From Marsupella aquatica (lineage: Eukaryota; Plantae; Marchantiophyta), in contig OZ316892.1 in the NCBI GenBank assembly GCA_973895155.1, positions 8,844,183 through 8,908,182 on the forward strand: DNA of 64,000 nt. The letters run 5' to 3'. The notes beneath the pieces were generated by a model. That model ran no database searches, was not told where the DNA came from, and saw only the letters and a program-made list of their open reading frames with translations. The translations under genes and the position numbers were made by a program. This document shows positions 51,801 to 63,795 of the stretch, one piece after another; positions within the stretch are counted from its first letter, which is position 1; each line of letters opens with the position of its first letter.

Positions 51801-52948
51801 GCAGGTTACTTAAGTCCTTGTATGGATTGAAGCAAGCTCCTCGGTGGAACAAGCGGTTTGATGATTTCATGCTTGCACAAGGATTCACTAGGATGGTGTA
51901 TGACCCTTATGTGTATACGAAATCAGTCAAGAATGGTGTGTTTGGTTTGCTCATTCTGGTGCTCTATGTGGATGACCTGTTGATTGTGGCTAAGGATCAA
52001 ACTGAGGTTGACAAACTCAAAGCAAAATTGAGTTCTGAATTCCGAATGAAGGATCTTGGGAAAGCCAAGAGGATCTTAGGTATGGAGATTACGAGGAACT
52101 TTGAAACTGGACAATTGTGGTTGAATCAAGGCAAGTATGCTGAAAAGGTACTTGCAAGATTCAACATGGAAAATTGTAAGCCAGTAAGTATTCCTTTGGC
52201 TCCACATTTCAAGTTATCATCGGCTTTCTGCCCCACGGATCCAGTGGAGAGAGGTTTGATGACTAAGGTTCCATATGAGAAGGTAGTGGGCAGTCTAATG
52301 TATTTGATGACATGTACCAGGCCTGATCTAGCCCTAGCAATGGGCAAAGTGAGTAGATTCATGTCAAGTCCAGGGAAGGTACATTGGGAGGCTGTGAAAT
52401 GGATTCTCAGGTATCTTAAGGGCACAATAGACTATGGTCTATTGTTTGATAGTAGATCAAACAAAACCAAATCTTTGGTTGGCTATGTAGATTCTGACTA
52501 CGGAGGCTGTCTGGAAACAAGGAGGTCAACGACTGGGTATGTGTGTACTCTTGGAAGAGGATGCATAAGTTGGAGATCTACCTTGTAGAAGTGTGTATCT
52601 CAGTCTACTACAGAAGCAGAATATGTTGCAGCAGCAGAAGCAGCAAAGGAAGCAATTTGGTTGGATAAGCTGGTCACTGAGATGGGATTGGAGCATGGAA
52701 AAATGACTCTTCATTGTGACAGCCAAAGTGCGCTTCACCTAGCTATTAACCAGGTTATGGATAGCAGGGTGAAACACATTGACATCAGGTACCATTTTAT
52801 TAGGCAAGCAGTGTCTGATAAAATGTTTGAGCTAGTCAAGATTGATGGAAAGCTCAACCCGGCTGATGCTTTTACCAAAGTGATTCCTTTGGAGAGTTAC
52901 TCAAGACACCGTGCTACTTTGCAAGTTTTGCATTTACAGCATAAGTAG
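48821..52948 (+). pseudogene. Copia gag-pol with in-frame stops
   Basis: Single frame with stops at 49118, 49631, 49721, 52586. Motifs: CWKCNKPGH (zinc knuckle), WILDCAC (protease), WHCRLGH / HSDVWG / LRSDNGGEY (integrase), YKARLVAKG / LYVDD (RT), DSDY / STTEAEY / KHIDIRYHF (RNase H). Confidence 0.93.
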
Positions 52949-53141
52949 AGTAACTTAACAATATGTAATTTCTGTATATGGGTTACTCAATCCTGTTATG
53001 GCTACGGCTTAATTCTAGTTAACCCTTAGTTAACCTTAAATGGTTTTTAGGGGAACACCTATGGTTTTAGGTGATTGTCTAGAATTTCCCGTTGAGTATC
53101 TCATATGGATAGCAGAAATTGCAGTCCCCAAGACTAGAGTC

Positions 53142-53150
53142 AAGGGGGAG
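53142..53150 (+). promoter_or_regulatory. Polypurine tract
   Basis: aagggggag immediately before the 3' LTR. Confidence 0.85.
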
Positions 53151-53152
53151 TT

Positions 53153-53484
53153 TGTTAAGGATTGCTCTTAGTCTTGTGACTCATAGGTTACGGCACTTAG
53201 GCTAATCACAGTTAGGATCTTAGCTGAGATTAGGTTAGTCGTGTGTGACCTTGTATATACCAGGGCTAGTGTAAGCCGCTGGGGTGTGATGCTTACTGAT
53301 TGTAATAGAGCAACTTGAGGAAGAGGGAGAGGATGTGTGTTCGTCTACTCTTGAAGTAAAGCTTGAGTGTTCGTGTGGACGTAGCCTTGGAGAAGAGGTG
53401 AACCACGTAGAGATTGTGTCGACTACGTGTGCATGAAATGAGTCATGGTTGTATGGTCGTTGCGAATGACGTCTTAGTTCAACA
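53153..53484 (+). repeat. Copia 3' LTR
   Basis: Direct repeat of 46788-47119, followed by TSD cgggc. Confidence 0.96.
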
Positions 53485-53960
53485 CGGGCCGGGGAGGAGT
53501 GGGTGGGGCGAGCCGGGCCGGGGAAGGGCGGGGTGGGTGGGGTGGGGTGGGCCGGGGAGGAGTGGGTGGGGCGAGCCGGGCCGGAGAAGGGCGGGGTGGG
53601 TGGGGTGGGGTGGGCCGGGGAGGAGTGAGTGGGGCGAGCCGGGCCGGGGAAGGGCGGGGTGGGTGGGGTGGGCCGGGGAAGGGTGGGTGGGGCGAGCCGG
53701 GCCGGGAGGGGTGGGTGGGGTGGGCCGGGGAGGAGTGGATGGGGCGAGCCGGGCCGTGGAAGGGCGGGGTGGGTTGGGTGGGGTGGGCCGGGGAGGGGTG
53801 GTTGAGGCAAGCCGGGCCGGGAGGAGGGGTGGGTGGGGTGGGCCGGGGAGGCACGGGAGGCGAGCCGGGGCGGGGATTAGGGTTTCCCTCCTTAGGGTTT
53901 CAATTAGGGTGCGGCCGGGAGCTTAGGGAGCCGGGAGCCGGGAGGTGAGGCGAGGCGGGA
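53485..53960 (+). repeat. G-rich subterminal array (GCCGGG core, ~63-bp higher-order unit) ending in TTAGGG motifs
   Basis: Repeated gggccggggaggagtgggtggggcgagccgggccggggaagggcggggtgggt; four ttaggg at ~53877-53928. Confidence 0.85.
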
Positions 53961-54469
53961 GCCGGGGGGGCATAAAAGGTGGAAGAGGAGGTGAGGAGAG
54001 GTCATTGTATGTGGAGGAGTGGAGAAGGAGTGGAGGAGGAGTGGAGGAGTGGAGGAGTGGAGGAGGAGGAGCGTGGAGGAGTATAGAGGTAAGATTTTTT
54101 GAGTTTTATGATTTGTTATGGTTTATGCTTTTATTTATGTTTTGATTTTTGTTATAATGGTTGTTTTGATTTTTGTTTTGTTTTACAATATGATGTAAAT
54201 TTTGATTTTTGTTTTAATTTTAGTGTTATTTTGAATGTATATATATTGTTTTGAATGTATGTATGTAATTTTGGAATATATGAATATAATTTTGGAATAA
54301 ATATATGTATTCTGTTTATATGGTGTATGTTATTTGTGTTTTGATTATGTGCTAATTCTAAAATCTAAAATTTTGTATGTACCCTAAACTTAAACCATAA
54401 ACAAGCCTTAAACCATAAAACAAGCCCTAAACCATAAAAAAATGAATTTTAGATTAATGGAGGGATATA

Positions 54470-54810
54470 AAGAGATTCTTGTGCGCGCGTGTTTGGAGCT
54501 TCGGCTCGGCATGGGATATTTCGTACATAAATCTTTTAATATCACCTTAACAATTTATCATTATTTGCAAATTGAATGAAAGATTTCTGGAGATAGAGAA
54601 ACCCATGTACGCAAGCTTGGAGCTTTGTCTCGGCATGTGATATTTTACATGGGTGTCACGATTCTTCGAAATTCTTTTCATTCAATTGGTAAATGATTGA
54701 TAAATTATAGCTATCACATAGATCCAAGTAGGAATGTCTGAACTGTGAAAGAAAAGAAAACTTTTGTGCACGTGCTTGGAGCTTAGACTCGGCATGGGAT
54801 AATTCACAAA
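54470..54810 (+). repeat. Left arm of internal inverted repeat (3 motif copies)
   Basis: ttggagcttnGnctcggcatgkgatawtt at ~54493, 54617, 54776; 54470-54665 aligns to the reverse complement of 62505-62700. Confidence 0.85.
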
Positions 54811-54963
54811 TGTGTTCTCCCTTCTTTTATCGTTATGACATTCAAAAGATAATAATCCAGTGCGTAACAATCACGTGAATCCGTGATTCTCAGGGTATAT
54901 GTGGACAGTTGATTGAGTGGGTAAGGTTGTACTCATCTCACACACCATTCTAGTGAAGCCACA

Positions 54964-56603
54964 ATGGACTCGACTAGTCGGGTAGAATACAGGCAGTTGC
55001 TGGAAACGATTACTAGGGTTTTTGATGAGGGGGCTGAACCGGACCATGTGGCCCTCCAAGCACTCAGGAATGCACGAAACACTCTTGAGTATAAACCAAT
55101 TGCTGGCAAACTCAGTGGGAAGAAGAAACGAAGAGGGGGCAATGTTGAGGTGAAACAGGTTCGCTTTAATGCAGTAGTGGCGATCTGGAAAGGAATATTA
55201 CATCGTTACACTCAACCTAAGCAATATGAGGAGAATGCGTTTGAGATGGATTTTACAAGGCACAGTCTAAAAGGATACAAGAAGTTTGTGAACGAGATCA
55301 CTTGTTGTATGCGTGAAAGTGTAGAGGATGAAGACACTTTCACACGGGAACAGAAGGATGCATTTGTACTTGAGTGTGAGAAAGCAGGAGGATTCATTGA
55401 CAACTTGGCTGTCAATTTGGAGTTCAATATTTGGGATTTGATGGTGGCCAAATTAAACTTGGATGATACTACAATGCTTGGAAATTCTGGAATGTTTAAG
55501 CATAAGAGGGACTTGTTATCAACTTGGAGTAAAGAGTTGGCAATGGCAAAAGTTGAAAGTAACGTCAAATATGTAAACAAGGTGATGCAGTTTGGAGATG
55601 TGAGTATCAGAAGCGATGGAAAAGGAACACGCCCATCACGTGTACTTCCAGATGTGAGGAGTATCCATTTCTTGAAGCCTGAGCAAGTGCAAAATGCTCA
55701 TTCCATCGGGAAAGGTGTGCAAGGGGAGGTGTACACTTGTCACGTATTAGATTGCCCTCTTATTCCGAAGAATGTCACACTAGTGGCAAAAAGATTCAAA
55801 AAAGGAGATAAGCAAAAGAGGAGGACAGATGCATTACAAGAAATGCTTATGGGAGGACTAAATCACAAGGGAATTGTTGGGGCTTTGGCAATGACGATTG
55901 ATGATCCACCAAGACTTGTGTATGATCATTACAATGGAGGTGATTTGGGAAGCTTCATAGATAGATGTGGATTGTGGTCAAAGAACAAAGGAAAATCACA
56001 AAGTTCCTCCAACATTGATTTCAAGTTTGTTTCTGAAAAGAAACTCTTTCTGGAGAATCGATTGGGAATTGCATTGGCGTTGCTTGAGACGTTACAATAT
56101 TTGCATGATCACAACCGATGTCATTGTCATCTTCACTTTGGAAACATTCTTCTACATTTTGACTATGAAAATGATGTAGCCATCAAGGTGTATGTTGGCT
56201 TATGCGATTTTGGCTTGTCTAAACATAAGTCACAGTGTAAACTACCAGAGAATCGAATGTGGTCTACTCCTGAAAATAAAGTTGTAGCCTATCAAAAACA
56301 ATATCCTCAATTGGCTCCAGAGCTTGTTTCGCCCACCCCAGTAGAGTATAGTGCTGCCACTAATATATATGCTTTGGGCAACATTTTTTAGAGAATTGGG
56401 ATGGAGCGTCCATGAGGACACGGTGGTTGGGTAGGGGTTGGAATACCTTGGAGCATGGTCCTAAATTGGAAGCAATGGTCCGTGACATGATGTCCATCGA
56501 GGTGAAGAAAAGGCAAGAGTGTGCCTTTTGGAGTTTGAAGATGATTCGGACATTCCCGGATTGTAGACTATTTGCCCAAAATAGTCCTTATCTTAGAGAT
56601 TAG
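54964..56603 (+). pseudogene. Protein kinase-like cargo gene with a 1-nt frameshift
   Basis: IGKGVQGEVY, VAKRF, HCHLHFGNILL, DFG, APE, TNIYALG. Adding one T to the T6 run at 56384-56389 joins ORF 56412-56603, which supplies subdomain XI (MVRDMMSIEVKKR). Confidence 0.85.
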
Positions 56604-56750
56604 AGATGAAACTTGACCCACTAATTATTACATAAAATCATTAAGTTACAAACAATCTAATGGTTATTATAAAGTGATATGTATCTTATTTGTTTATATT
56701 GTTATGCCATGTCATTTCATGATATTTGAATTTGTTCTAAATATGTTTTT

Positions 56751-58730
56751 ATGTTTGTAGATCTTGCAATCATGACGAAATGGAATTTGGATTCTGATGA
56801 TGATGATGATGAAAAAGTTCCAAAAGATAAATATGCTCATTTATACATGCAAGACGCTCAAGATGTTTATTATGATCACTTTGATCATGATATTCATGGA
56901 AACTCGCTATCTCCAACAAAAGGGTTGGAAGATGAGTCCGAACCCAATGCTTGTGACATTGGTACGGGCGACAAAAACTCCTTGCCAAATTCAACTAAGT
57001 TGGAGGATGAAAGTGTCGATTTGGAGTGGAACATCACAATAGAAAACATGAAACCTCCTCATCATGAATGGCCGATCAACGCCAAAGAATTGGAGATTTT
57101 GATGCCCAAAGCAGAGTTTAGCAAATTTGTGAAAAAACTATTTGACGATCCAGAAATGTGGACAACAAAATCTTGGTTACAAGACAAATTTACCATGTCC
57201 AGGCTAACACATCGAGATGCCGCCACACATTGGCAACAAAGATTTCGGGAATATGCTCCAAATAAGGCAAACGGGAAAGTTAGTTCTGCTTATCCTCCTT
57301 TTGTTCGATGTTTGATTGCCGAGTTCATTCTAAAATGGAAGGTGGATTATCATTGGGAAAATAACGATGGCAAGGTGACCCATTCTGTGCATAAATCAGT
57401 GCATGTTATTGCAACAAACAGAGGCAAAAGTGTAAAGAAGGATGTTCCAACCATGACCTCTAACAAGGGGTCCAAAAGAAAAATGGATGAGGCGCAGAAG
57501 GTGAATACACAACCAAAGGAGAAAGCAACATTTATCTCGCAATTCCTTGTGAAGCCTGAGCCAGCAACCACACCAAGCAATGTGGAGTCTACCAACAGCA
57601 AAAGACCAAACATTTCAGGGATTGGAAGCAGAACTCCACCTGTAATCAATATCGAACCTCCTAACAAGGAGAGGCTCAGCATGCAACATGTATGCAAGAG
57701 CTTGGGAGCAGAGATTGCTGATTTGCTTGAGAAGAATCTTCGCACAAAGTATGCTGTCGAGCTTTGTGATTCTGGCAGCATGGAAAGATACAAGGCAAAA
57801 CTACAAGAGGCCGATTTGAAGATACGATCACTAGAGAAGAGGCCCATGGAATCGGGGACCAATTCTGAGGTGATGTATTACAAGGCTCAATTATTTGACC
57901 AGATGGAGAAAATCCAGAAGTTGACTGAACAACTTGCCAACAAAGAAGGTCAAGCTAGTCAAGTGCTAGAACTTGAAAAGAAGAACAAAATCATCAAAGA
58001 TCTTCAAAATCAACTTGCATCTCAACAACTCATCATTACAAATTTGCACGAGGAGATAACCAATGTCAACAATGGTGATTTGGGATGTGAGTCAAAAAAA
58101 GAAACATCATCCGATTTTGTTCAAATGCAAATCATTGATCCTACAGGACACAACACCCTATTTCCTGATGTGGAGGCTAGTGCAGAAGGCATTGAGAAAT
58201 ATTTTGACAAGTGGAAGAAGGATGAAACTATGGCACCATTTGTTCATGAAAAAGATGACAAGTGTACTTGGTGCCTCTATCCTTGGGGCCTAGAATATGT
58301 TTCCATGTTGGAAACTTGCGGACATATATGGCATCATGCTTGTTTGTTCAAATGGTTGAAGAAGAGCAGAAAATGTTGGTGTCGCACACCATTTCATGAA
58401 CGTGAATATCAGCAACGAGGATTGTTGGACCAGATGCCATCAATGGAGACACAACACGACTCTGAAGAGACACAAGAGGGTCTAGCGATGACGCAAATAG
58501 ATTCCACTCCCATTGAACACTTCACAATCAATGAGTATAATTTGTCAGATGGCGAATTTGACAGATTGCTCCTTAGTGGTCGATTCAATGAATGGAAAGA
58601 ATATGCTGCAGTCAACCAGCCATCAATAGACGAGCAAAATATGCAGCGATCTATTCGTCGCCATCGACGACGTCAACAACAGGCAGAAGTGAAAGCAGAA
58701 GTTGTTGACATCAACGGAAAAAAAATATGA
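56751..58730 (+). CDS. Coiled-coil plus RING-H2 protein (putative E3 ligase), 659 aa
   Basis: CTWC..CGHIWHHAC..W..CWC at ~58263-58383; long heptad region before it; unknown Trp-rich N-terminal domain. Confidence 0.8.
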   Translation: MFVDLAIMTKWNLDSDDDDDEKVPKDKYAHLYMQDAQDVYYDHFDHDIHGNSLSPTKGLEDESEPNACDIGTGDKNSLPNSTKLEDESVDLEWNITIENMKPPHHEWPINAKELEILMPKAEFSKFVKKLFDDPEMWTTKSWLQDKFTMSRLTHRDAATHWQQRFREYAPNKANGKVSSAYPPFVRCLIAEFILKWKVDYHWENNDGKVTHSVHKSVHVIATNRGKSVKKDVPTMTSNKGSKRKMDEAQKVNTQPKEKATFISQFLVKPEPATTPSNVESTNSKRPNISGIGSRTPPVINIEPPNKERLSMQHVCKSLGAEIADLLEKNLRTKYAVELCDSGSMERYKAKLQEADLKIRSLEKRPMESGTNSEVMYYKAQLFDQMEKIQKLTEQLANKEGQASQVLELEKKNKIIKDLQNQLASQQLIITNLHEEITNVNNGDLGCESKKETSSDFVQMQIIDPTGHNTLFPDVEASAEGIEKYFDKWKKDETMAPFVHEKDDKCTWCLYPWGLEYVSMLETCGHIWHHACLFKWLKKSRKCWCRTPFHEREYQQRGLLDQMPSMETQHDSEETQEGLAMTQIDSTPIEHFTINEYNLSDGEFDRLLLSGRFNEWKEYAAVNQPSIDEQNMQRSIRRHRRRQQQAEVKAEVVDINGKKI

Positions 58731-59165
58731 ATAGAGTAGTCTCTAGATTTTGATGTAGTTACTATTAGACACTTCTTTTTTCTTGGACGATTGTTTTCAA
58801 GTGTAATTGGTAAAGAAATAATGCAGTGGCATAATATATGACTTACCATGGAGTCACATTTTGGTGGAGCTCATGTGTGATGTTTGTGGATTTACATTAT
58901 AGATTATTTAACCATTTTTGTAGTATAAGTACTGTCAGAATTTAGGGTTTATCCCATGAGGAATAAAGTTTAGACTAGACACAAGGTAGATTTGAAATAT
59001 CGTTAAAAATGGATACAAATATCTGGTCCATAAACATTATTTTGCAAATCGTGACACTTATAAAACTCAATAACTTATATTCATGGCCAAAAAATATATG
59101 ACATTCATAGTTATTGTTAGTAAAGACAATACAATAGTAACAAAGCATGCTAAACATAACATTTC

Positions 59166-62084
59166 TTAAGGCTGTGAAAGAAAATTCCTAGTATTTTTGT
59201 TGTGATTTCGCTGCAAAGCTTGATTCCACTTTTCCTCTGCAGCCCATGCAACTGGGTCGCGATTTTGCGGATGGACATTCCTTTGAGCTTGTTGAAATGA
59301 TGATGTTCTTTGAAATTCATGATCAATAGGAATGTTGGATGTATATGGATTAGTCACAGTCTGACCTCCATACTCATTGAAGATTGTAACAACTTCTTCC
59401 CATGGTGCACGTGTGTTGTTCAAAGATGTACCTTGAACATTATTTGGTTGTTGAAAAATAGCTGATCTGCTTCCCTCTGAATGATGCCCTTGTGTGCTAG
59501 TGTGTTGTTGAACAAAGTATGAGCTACTTGGGTCGACATTATTGTGGACGTTCAATGATGGATAAGCCCAAGATGCGTTTGGTTGGAAAGATGTTGCAAA
59601 ATCTGAATACAACGATGCATGATCTTCATCTTCAATCTGCGACTCGTCAATTGTAGGATACATCTCGAAATCCATTTCATTCTCCCAATCACCTGCATCA
59701 CTTACATCTGTATGTGGTGGAAGACGAGTTAAGAAGTCACCCTCTTTATGTAATGATAATCCTTCCAAGGCTTCATCCGCATCATCAATTGCATCAAAAT
59801 CTTCGACATCTTCTTGACCAAGGGCAGCACACGTTGCGTCACACCCTTCATTCTGAGTCTGCTCAGTGGATAATGGCCTGACACCGTCATTTGTTGCTCT
59901 TCTTTCCTCATAACGTTGATATATAAACGTATGAGGATTTCTTACTTTTGTAAGCCCTTTCTCCACTCTCATGTTTGTGAATACAAACACTAAATTCTTT
60001 GCTCGATCATTTGTCAATCTGTTGCGACTTGCAGAATGAATAAATCCATAAGAACTCCAGTTTCTTTCACACGCAAATGCGCACATTTTTTGGTGACAGA
60101 TTTTTCTAGCCAAAACTCTTAAATCTGGATAATCAGCACCGTATGAATGCCACCACTCTCCTGGACTTACTTGACCTATACTAGATTGGGCTCCTCTCAT
60201 GGTTACTGTTGTGTTTGGTAATTTCTTTTGCGCATCAATTGCTTGCAATTGTATGGCAGAAATGAGTGCATTAACCTCACGATCATGGTTGACCCCTTCC
60301 TTCACCTTGCGTTCGGCATATCGGGCAATGTACTCATTGAAACCTCGACATAGTTCTCCATCTCCAGCAACATCTAGGTCTTCATCAAAAAACATTTGAG
60401 GATTGATATATGCTGCAGCTAGCATAAAATCGGTGGTAAGAGATTCTCTTCGATCCATGTACACTTTTAATATCCTTGGCTTCAAGAACTCTGTTACCAA
60501 TAGACATTCCTCCATGCTTGCCTTCAAATCAGTAATCCCTCTTTTCAAACTCCAATACAACCAGGCTGACTGAGGTGAAGCACCATCAAATTCGCGAAGC
60601 ATCTTCACCAACGGAAGAAAGAAGTTCACTGTAGCCTTCACATCGGCCCAAAATTTATCTTGTTGTATCCACCCTTTCAGTTCTTCTGCCTTGGCCCTTG
60701 TCATGTGCCCATTTGATTTTGCACGCACAGGAAGTCTATCACGATAAGACTCCCATTTATCATCAATGACCATTTGTTGCAAAGCTCCTCTTAGCTCCAA
60801 TGCTCTTTGCGCCATGAGAAAATTTGTTGCAAATCTTGTTGCATTTGGATTTAGTAGTTTTTTGTAACTCGATTTTCTCACAAATATTGCGGAGAGCTTT
60901 TGGGACGATGAAACTGCTTTTACTATCCATCTCAAGCGTTTAAAAATGCTTTTGAATGGATTCTGTCTACTCTCATCTAGCACTACATTCTTATGACCGC
61001 ACATGTCTTCTAGCAACAAATTGAACACGTGGGCAGCACACCAACTCCAAGTGACATGTGGATATTTTTTCATGACTATCTCACAACCTGCTACACGATT
61101 TGCAGGCGCACCATCAGTTACAATTTGAACGATGTGATCTGGACCAATGTCATCGATATATTTCAGCCACATCTCTCCAAGATATTTTCCATCTTTCCTA
61201 TCAGCTTGTGCCGCATTCCAACTATCCAAGAAAAAATCACCTTTAGAAGTCAACAACATGACGTTCATCAAAGGTTCCCTACGAATGTTTTCCCATCCAT
61301 TTGATGAAACAGAATAACCAAAAGGTTTTGTTTCCTTCATGATTTTGGTGATGTCTTTTGTGAGATCTTCCTTGGCTTCCTCCAACAACTTCATTCGCAA
61401 ATTCCGCATAATGGGAAGAGAATATCCATTTACAATACCTTTTGAAGTCTCATGTACTGCTTCTCGAAAGTAAGGATTCTGTGAAACATTGAATGCAATA
61501 CCACTTGTGTAGAAAGCTTTTGCCCAAAGCTTGTCCAAATACGCTCTATGTGAAATTTGATAAGCATCCATAATTGGGTTTGAAAGACTTCCTGCCCGAG
61601 CCATATGAGTCATATTTGATTCATTTTCCATTTGAAAACGGTTAGACTCTCGTGTGGATGCTTGTGAATGGGAAGTTCCAATCTCTGGCCTGCGACCCCT
61701 GACATCCCGCAAGATATGGGTTCCATCCCTTCGTTTGTAGTTGATGTTTGATGGAACTTTGATGACATTGTACATTCTGTTGATTTCATCCAACTCCACA
61801 TGACCATACAGGCCTAGGCATGGTGGTGCATTCCCTTTGATGATGTTTCCCATCAAATGTGCTTTGGCTCGTGTTGCATGAAAAGTAATATATGTTTTAC
61901 AAAACTTGCATTTTCGATACATACGGTTTGCATCATTAGATGTTGAAGGCGCATCACACTGTTCGAAATATTTCCACACCGTAGAAAATTTTGCACCATG
62001 CTCTCACGAATGATTTGCTCCATGCCTAGGGATAGTGGAACGATATCCAGATTCACCGGACTCATTGTCATCGAAAGAAATCAT
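59166..62084 (-). pseudogene. hAT transposase (BED zinc finger, DUF659, hATC)
   Basis: WKYF..CKFC..AHL..C; SSNGWEN (first catalytic Asp reads Asn); QIVTDGA; CAAH; TRF; CERNWS; RNRL. In-frame ATG at 62084 is separated from the ORF by TGA at 62004-62006. Confidence 0.92.
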
Positions 62085-62504
62085 TGTAAAGAAAGATGTA
62101 CATGCAGAATTCAAATTCTGCAGTGTACCGTCAATAAAATGACAGTGTCATCTCCTCTCCAACGCACACTGAACATACATAAATACAACAATACAAATTA
62201 AAATAAATATTTATTGTATACCAAACTTCATATAGCATATACAATGAACCCCAAGAATAATCACATTTCACAACATTTTGAGTTCCCTAAATTTTATCAT
62301 AGTATTTTCGTTGTTTTTATGTTTGGTTGTAACAAGTATAAAAGAGTAGGACACTTTGATGAATTACCACAATCTGAGTCGAGACTCCAAGATTACGCAC
62401 CATCGTTTCCCGATCTCTCATACTTGCTTACATCCCTACTTTGTCCTAAGTTATAGAATATCTATAACTTAACAATCACTTCTTTATAAAGCAAAAATAT
62501 TTTC

Positions 62505-62700
62505 AGGGAAATCGTGACACACATGTGAAATATCACAGACTCAGCCAAAGCTCCAAGCCTACGCACATGGATTTCTCTATCCTTTGAAAATTTTTTGCTT
62601 ACTAAATAAATGACGTTAAGTTGTTAAGTTAATATATAGAACTCTTGTATGAAATATCCCGAGCCGAGCCAAGACTCCAGACCCGCGCATACAAAAATTC
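62505..62700 (-). repeat. Right arm of internal inverted repeat (2 motif copies)
   Basis: Reverse complement atagagaaatccatgtgcgtaggcttggagctttggc..tgtgatatttcacatgtgtgtcacgatt matches 54593-54663. Confidence 0.85.
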
Positions 62701-63259
62701 ATATATATTACTCCATTACAATTCACTAAGGAAAAACATTTCATTGTAAGACTCTAAAATTGAGAAGTATTATCAATCTATTCATTAAAAGTGAATTATT
62801 ATTCAATTTGTGAACATTTGGGCAATAGAAAGTGTACATTTGGCTTTCAAAAAGTGTACATTTGGACAAGAAATAAAAGTGATGGCCATTAGACATACCA
62901 CCATGTTCATCTTTTATAAATGAACTAGGATGAGACTACTTCTAGTAAAGATCATTTTTTCTCCCTCAAGTTTACAATTGACTATTTAGGTGTAGAGTAT
63001 TGTACTATAGTATACCTTTTGGGGTTAAAAAATGTACATTTAGAGACCAAAAATTGTACATTTCGAGGCCTAAAAGTGAACAAAATAAAATACACTTTTA
63101 ATGAATAGGGTGATTATTGCAAAACTTACCTTTAGACCTTAGTAGCTTAGAGTTTCTCGTACTAAGTTATGTGTACAATGATTGGGGGTCTCCCCTTTTA
63201 TGGCCTCCCACGGACCTCTTTTTCCGTAGTTTTAGCCTTAATTTTTGGGTTGCACCTTT

Positions 63260-63795
63260 TTAACCCTAATTTTGGCCGTCTCGCGGCCCCTAACCCTAAT
63301 CCCGGCCGCAAAGTAAATTACCGCCCGGCCCCTTTCCCCCCCCCCCGCCCCCGGCCTCCCTGGCCCCCCCCTGCCCCAGCCTTCCTCCCCTCCCCCGGCT
63401 TCCTTCCCCTCTCCCCCCCGCCCCGGCCTTCCTCCTCTCCCGCCCCGGCCTTCCTCCTCTCCCCCTCCCCTCCCCACCCCCGGCTTCCCTCCTCTCCCCA
63501 CCCCCGGCTTCCCTCCTCTCCCCCTCCCCCCCGCCCCGACCCGGCCTTCCTCCTCTCCCACTGCCCCCCCCCGCCCCGGCCTTCCTCCTCTCCCCTTCCT
63601 CCCCCCGGCCCGGCCTCCCTCCCTCCCCTCCCCACCCCCGCCTTCCCTCCTCTCCCCCTCCCCCCCCCCCCCCGCCCCCGGCCTTCCTCCTCTCCCCGGC
63701 CTTCCTCCCCCCGGCCCGGCCTCCCTCCCCTCCCCACCCCCGGCTTCCCTCCCCTCTCCCCCCCGCCCCGGCCACCCACCCCACGCCCCGGCCCG
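63260..63795 (-). repeat. C-rich subterminal array (CCCGGC core) with CCCTAA motifs
   Basis: Repeated ccccggccttcctcctctccc; taaccctaat twice at ~63261-63300; mirror of 53485-53960. Confidence 0.85.

Larger units (their letters stand above)
46788..53484 (+). mobile_element. Full-length Ty1/Copia LTR retrotransposon, 6.7 kb
   Basis: 332-bp TG..CA LTRs, PBS, PPT, gag-PR-IN-RT-RH order, 5-bp TSD cgggc at 46783-46787 and 53485-53489. Confidence 0.97.

Noticed and set aside
53235-53948. Pro/Gly/Arg-rich ORFs over the G-rich array (also 46407-46793 and 63169-63866)
   Set aside because: Stop-free frames are an artefact of GC-rich low-complexity repeats and cross LTR junctions.
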